From a bacterium (GTDB taxonomy: Bacteria > UBA8248): 64,000 nucleotides of DNA. The notes beneath the pieces are model-generated. The model did not search any database. It saw nothing but the letters and a program-made list of their open reading frames with translations, and was not told the DNA's origin. The stretch lies in NCBI GenBank assembly GCA_965207065.1, contig OZ242260.1:3616001-3680000 (forward strand), in the 5' to 3' direction. The position numbers and the translations under genes were made by a program. Positions 60,156 to 64,000 of the stretch are shown here, piece after piece; position 1 is the first letter of the stretch; each line of letters begins with the position of its first letter.

Positions 60156-60437
60156 GGGGCTGTTGAAAAGTCACGGGGAGCGAATTTAGTTGCGCGCTTG
60201 CTTTTGAAGTTCACTCCCCCCTTGAGGGGGAGTCGGTGAGGTAAGGGCGCATGCCCACAAGCGAACCGGTGGGGGGTAGAATTCGGAATTGCGATCAAAC
60301 ACGTTTTACCCCCCACCGAATCGGCCTTCGCCCAAGGGCTTGGCCTCTTCGACTCCCCCTCAAGGGGGGAGTAATTCTACTCTCTCATCGGATGGGTTCA
60401 AAAGCTGAATCACGAAATTGGCTTTTTCAACAACCCC
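60156..60437 (+). mobile_element. MITE-like palindromic element, copy A
   Basis: Terminal IRs GGGGCTGTTGAAAA / TTTTCAACAACCCC; nested internal IRs CTCCCCCCTTGAGGGGGAGTC...GACTCCCCCTCAAGGGGGGAG and CGGTGGGGGG...CCCCCCACCG. Confidence 0.8.
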
Positions 60438-60467
60438 AAATATGGGTCCCTTCCATTTTCATAAAGA

Positions 60468-60653
60468 CTAGGTCAAAGGTATCGGATCCCCTTCTTCCTC
60501 CAAAACCTCGATATAACCCTCAATGGCTTCTCGAATATTCTCTACCGCTTCTTGTTTGGATTGGCCCTGGCTGATGCAACCGGGCAGACTCGGACATTCG
60601 GCGACCCAGAAACCATCTTCTCCGGGCTTGATGATGACCTGTCTCAAGTGCAT
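60468..60653 (-). CDS. HicB-like antitoxin (short; no hicA partner seen)
   Basis: EDGFWVAECPSLPGCISQG....EAVENIREAI..YIE.L. Confidence 0.85.
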   Translation of the reverse strand: MHLRQVIIKPGEDGFWVAECPSLPGCISQGQSKQEAVENIREAIEGYIEVLEEEGDPIPLT

Positions 60654-60707
60654 TCCCCCTCTCGCTTACTTCAGATAAAGAATCGACGTCTGCTTCCTAT
60701 ATGAACA

Positions 60708-60965
60708 TCAACTATTTCCATAATAGGTTGTTCCGGTGATGTATGCCAAAAAAGACAGGAGGATCACTATTAGGATCATAATCGCCAAAATACCAAACCT
60801 TACCCTCAAGTCGATGGTGACCGGAGCTTTGCCTAGTATCCTGTTAGAAAGGCTGAAATCTTCCTCGTCAAACAGGACTTCACCAAATTCCTCCATACTC
60901 TTTCGTCTCTTTTCCTTCAATGCTTCACTCTCTACTAACCACCAAGGATGACTTTCTTTCTTCAT
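60708..60965 (-). CDS. Hypothetical small membrane protein
   Basis: 85 aa from ATG 60965, one C-terminal hydrophobic helix, GGAGGG RBS. Confidence 0.5.
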   Translation of the reverse strand: MKKESHPWWLVESEALKEKRRKSMEEFGEVLFDEEDFSLSNRILGKAPVTIDLRVRFGILAIMILIVILLSFLAYITGTTYYGNS

Positions 60966-61035
60966 CGGACTTTCCCTCCTGTCAAAACAAGAGACTAATA
61001 CATTTTGTGAGAGGCAGCCCTGCTGCTTGCAAACC

Positions 61036-61647
61036 TCATGGCGTGACGCCCACAAGTACGAGAGGAACCGCAGGAACCCCGCGGCCTTGCCGCAAGACGT
61101 TCAGCAAATCACGCTCATAGTAGGCGACGCCGGAGGACATCTCCCGCTCCAGTTCCTTCATGGGGAGTATCTCCACGCCTACGTCGATGATGTCGGAAAC
61201 GTAAAAACTCAAATGCTTCACGAACAGGTCATGCGCGACGAAGGCGTACTTGCCGAACTGCACCTCCACCGCGACGCGTTCTTTCACGAAATCCGTCTGG
61301 TTGTAGGACATGATGGGCTCGTATCCCGCTTCCTCGATGGCGCGTTTCTGCTCCTTTTCCGACAGGCCGTATATGCCGCGCATGAGCTTCTCGTCCGCCG
61401 TGAGCCAGAATGTGCTCCTGCGCTCGCTCCAGCCGCGCGCCTTGAGCCCGTCCTTGAACGCACGATTCATATCGGCGGGTGAGAACAGCACTTTTCCGGG
61501 CATGGTTTTTTCTCTGGAAACCTTGGTCCGGCAAGCCATCGCGTCTACTTCCACGATGACTTCCTTCACCTCGTCCCACAACTGTTTGCGGTGGACGAGC
61601 AGGTATTCCTCGCCGTTCAGATGCGAATACTTGGCTTCGATGCGCAC
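61036..61647 (-). CDS. BglII/BstYI family type II restriction endonuclease
   Basis: YSHLNG.E.L, QTDFVKERVAVEVQFGKY, DVGVEILP; coupled to the methyltransferase. Confidence 0.85.
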   Translation of the reverse strand: MRIEAKYSHLNGEEYLLVHRKQLWDEVKEVIVEVDAMACRTKVSREKTMPGKVLFSPADMNRAFKDGLKARGWSERRSTFWLTADEKLMRGIYGLSEKEQKRAIEEAGYEPIMSYNQTDFVKERVAVEVQFGKYAFVAHDLFVKHLSFYVSDIIDVGVEILPMKELEREMSSGVAYYERDLLNVLRQGRGVPAVPLVLVGVTP

Positions 61648-62561
61648 TAATGTCCGCCGTTTGGTTTTGCGGGATCGTAGACGGGCTTTCCCATCGGACG
61701 CGTTTTGAGGGTTCCCGCATACAGTCGCCTCACCCGGTCGAGCGCGATATCCACATATTCGGATACGACTTCGCAGCCATAGGCCGTTCTCCCGTGCATG
61801 AGCGAGGCGACGACGGAGGAGCCGACTCCCATGTAGGGGTCAAACACCGCATCGCCCTCATCCGTCATGGAGAGTACGAGGCGCTCGACGAGTTCAACGG
61901 GGAACTGGCAGGGGTGAATCGTTTTTTCCGGGTGGTTGCTCTTCACGTTCGGGAAAGTCCACACGTCGCTGGGGTTCTTACCCTTGGGATTCCCCGAGAG
62001 TTTGCCGATGTTCGGTCCCTTGAAGTGTTTCTTGCCGGGATATTTCGCCGGAACCCGTATCGGATCGAGATTCCAGGTGTAGTCGTCGCCCTTCGTCCAC
62101 CAGTTGATGGTTTCGTATCTTCCCGAGAGCCGTTTGGTGCAATGAAGCCCGTGACCGAAACTCCAGACGATTCGGTTGCGGAGTTTAAGGCCCTGCGCCC
62201 GAAAAATGGGGTAGAGAATAGCGTCGAGCGGAATAATCTCTCCGTTATCCACATAGTTGCCGACCTGCCAGCAAATGGAGCCTTTTGGGTGCAGCAGGCG
62301 AACGCACTCGTGAATTACTTTCTCCTGCGTATCCATGTAAGCGTCGAGCGGGGTTCTCGATTCGTATTCCTTCCCCAGGTTGTAAGGGGGTGAGGTGACG
62401 ATGAGCTTCATCCGCTCGTCGGGAAGCTCGCTCATGAAAACGAGGTTGTCCGCGCACGCGAGGACGGGTTGGCTTTTGGGTTTTTCCCCCTCCAATCGGG
62501 GGAGCATATCCTGCACCGGCTGCCGCGCCGTGCCCTCAACATGCGAAGCGGCGTTGGTCAT
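61647..62561 (-). CDS. Site-specific DNA methyltransferase (beta class, probably N4-cytosine)
   Basis: TSPPYN precedes HPCQFP and DPYMGVGS. Confidence 0.92.
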   Translation of the reverse strand: MTNAASHVEGTARQPVQDMLPRLEGEKPKSQPVLACADNLVFMSELPDERMKLIVTSPPYNLGKEYESRTPLDAYMDTQEKVIHECVRLLHPKGSICWQVGNYVDNGEIIPLDAILYPIFRAQGLKLRNRIVWSFGHGLHCTKRLSGRYETINWWTKGDDYTWNLDPIRVPAKYPGKKHFKGPNIGKLSGNPKGKNPSDVWTFPNVKSNHPEKTIHPCQFPVELVERLVLSMTDEGDAVFDPYMGVGSSVVASLMHGRTAYGCEVVSEYVDIALDRVRRLYAGTLKTRPMGKPVYDPAKPNGGH

Positions 62562-62671
62562 CCGAGTTCCTCACGGGCGGCAATGTCTGATTCTAATCGT
62601 GCATTATCATACAATCCGTCATATCGGTTCTCAAGCCCAACGTTTATCTCAGGCTTTTCAATACATTTCTC

Positions 62672-63541
62672 TCACGCGGCGCATCCCACCCTGCGTTCAT
62701 TCTCCACCCCCCTCACTGCCAAGACTTCCATGGCGGGTGATCGATCACCCGTGCAACTGATCCGGCGCGGACCTTCGAGGAACGAGAGGGTGAAACCGTT
62801 TTCTTCGTATAACCGCACGATTCTCTCCGTCGCCTGGTTCGAGAGGACGACAGGGCCTTCGTGCGCGGCGAGAAATTCCGCGAGGCGCACCTGATCCGCC
62901 CAGGAGAAATCCTCCTTTGCGTATTTGGTGAACTCTACGTCATAGGGCGGATCCGCATAAATGAAATCATCAGGCCGTATGGGTAGCGTCTCGAAATCCT
63001 GGCAGCAAAACTCCCAGCCTTCGAATATCTCCCGGTAGGCGCTGAAATTTTTCACGTAGTTTATCGTCTTGTATCTGCCGAAGGGGACGTTGAACTCGCC
63101 CTTGCTGTTGAATCGGCAAAGCCCGTTGTAGCCCGTGCGGTTCAGGTAATAAAAAAGCTCCGCCGCCTCCTTGTTGCGTCCCCGTCCGCTCATGAGCAGC
63201 GCGTTGAACCGCTCCCTGTGGGCGTAGTAGGCATCCGCGTCGTTTCGCATTCCTATCCGTGTTCGAGAAAGACCCTTCTTGAGCCATGCGTAGAAGTTCA
63301 TGAGCGGTGCGTTGATGTCGTTCAGAAGCGCCCTCTCGGGAGCGAGGCCGAGCGCGACGGCAAGCCCTCCGCAGAAAGGCTCGACGAGCCTGCTCTTGCT
63401 GTGCTTTTCCCAATACGCCCGGATGTGCGGGACGAGCCACCGCTTGCCGCCCGCCCATTTGAGAGGCGGCGTCAGCTTCTCATCGGCAGGGCGGACCTTT
63501 CTCTTTGGTTTGCGAGCTTTCGCTTTCGTGGCTGTGGACAT
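62672..63541 (-). CDS. dam: Dam-family DNA adenine methyltransferase
   Basis: LKWAGGK, EPFCGG, YLNRTGYNGLCRFNSKG.FNVPFGRY, YADPPY, SN. Confidence 0.9.
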   Translation of the reverse strand: MSTATKAKARKPKRKVRPADEKLTPPLKWAGGKRWLVPHIRAYWEKHSKSRLVEPFCGGLAVALGLAPERALLNDINAPLMNFYAWLKKGLSRTRIGMRNDADAYYAHRERFNALLMSGRGRNKEAAELFYYLNRTGYNGLCRFNSKGEFNVPFGRYKTINYVKNFSAYREIFEGWEFCCQDFETLPIRPDDFIYADPPYDVEFTKYAKEDFSWADQVRLAEFLAAHEGPVVLSNQATERIVRLYEENGFTLSFLEGPRRISCTGDRSPAMEVLAVRGVENERRVGCAA

Positions 63542-63654
63542 TCGGAAGTCTCAAAACGCTTCAGTGGGCGGATGATGCGGACACCATACCACAAGCGCGA
63601 GCCTGAGCCAGCGCACAAACCTTCTCTGATGACTGTGGCTCACTCTCACCGAAT

Positions 63655-63991
63655 GGGGCTGTTGAAAAAGGCCTCGAACAATGGGGGAAAGATGAATCAA
63701 TTGATATATGCCATATAGAATCATCCCCCATGAGACGAGCCTGGAATTCACTCCCCCCTTGAGGGGGAGTCGAAGAGGCCGAGCGGTTTATGCGAAGGCC
63801 GATTCGGTGGGGGGGTGAATCGCGTTTTATCGCCACTCCGAGTTATACCCCCCACCGAATCGCTTTCGGGCTTACGCCCGCAGCTCTTCGTCGGTCTACC
63901 CGAGGAGGATAGACCGACCCTCAAGGGGGGAGTGAAATTCAAAAGCGAGCACGCAACCCAAATTGTTTCCCGGGACTTTTTCAACAGCCCC
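63655..63991 (-). mobile_element. MITE-like palindromic element, copy B (inverted relative to copy A)
   Basis: IRs GGGGCTGTTGAAAAAG / CTTTTTCAACAGCCCC; the reverse complement of its right ~65 bp matches the left end of copy A; same internal CCCCCTTGAGGGGG and CCCCCACCGAATCG palindromes. Confidence 0.8.
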
Positions 63992-64000
63992 CTCAACTGG

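Noticed and set aside
60151-63996. Target-site duplication around the putative MITE-composite cassette
   Set aside because: Outer flanks (TATTT left, CTCAA right) are not direct repeats, so transposition as one unit is not demonstrated.

Overview
A 64 kb chromosomal window from a GC-rich bacterium (about 60-68% GC by eye; the organism cannot be identified from this window). Left part (1-27 kb): mostly housekeeping genes, including ppdK (partial), glyS/glyQ, an aspartate-pathway cluster, lipA, argS, recO, rpsU, era, aspS, comEC, cobB and hisS. The rimP-nusA-ylxR-infB-rbfA-truB-rpsO-pnp operon (43-52 kb) lies in a marked low-GC trough and is followed by a 2-oxoacid/acetoin dehydrogenase E1a/E1b/E2 cluster. 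Accessory stretches (28-41 kb, 56-64 kb) carry metabolic enzymes, three damaged or orphan toxin-antitoxin modules, a BglII/BstYI-type R-M locus with a Dam-like methylase, and at least three families of short palindromic repeats. Main findings: (1) two selenoprotein genes that the ORF track breaks at an in-frame UGA, a DsbA/FrnE-like protein (UxxC) and an AhpD/CMD-like protein (CxxU), each followed by a SECIS-like hairpin; (2) a small GIY-YIG nuclease gene embedded in CGTC-type palindromic repeats that recur elsewhere, an arrangement like RAYT/REP systems but with a different enzyme family; (3) two inverted copies of a MITE-like element bracketing the hicB/R-M/Dam cassette, plus a sibling element with different cargo and a 5-bp target-site duplication; (4) an unexplained intergenic 71-bp x 3.3 tandem repeat. 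No rRNA, tRNA or CRISPR array was recognised.
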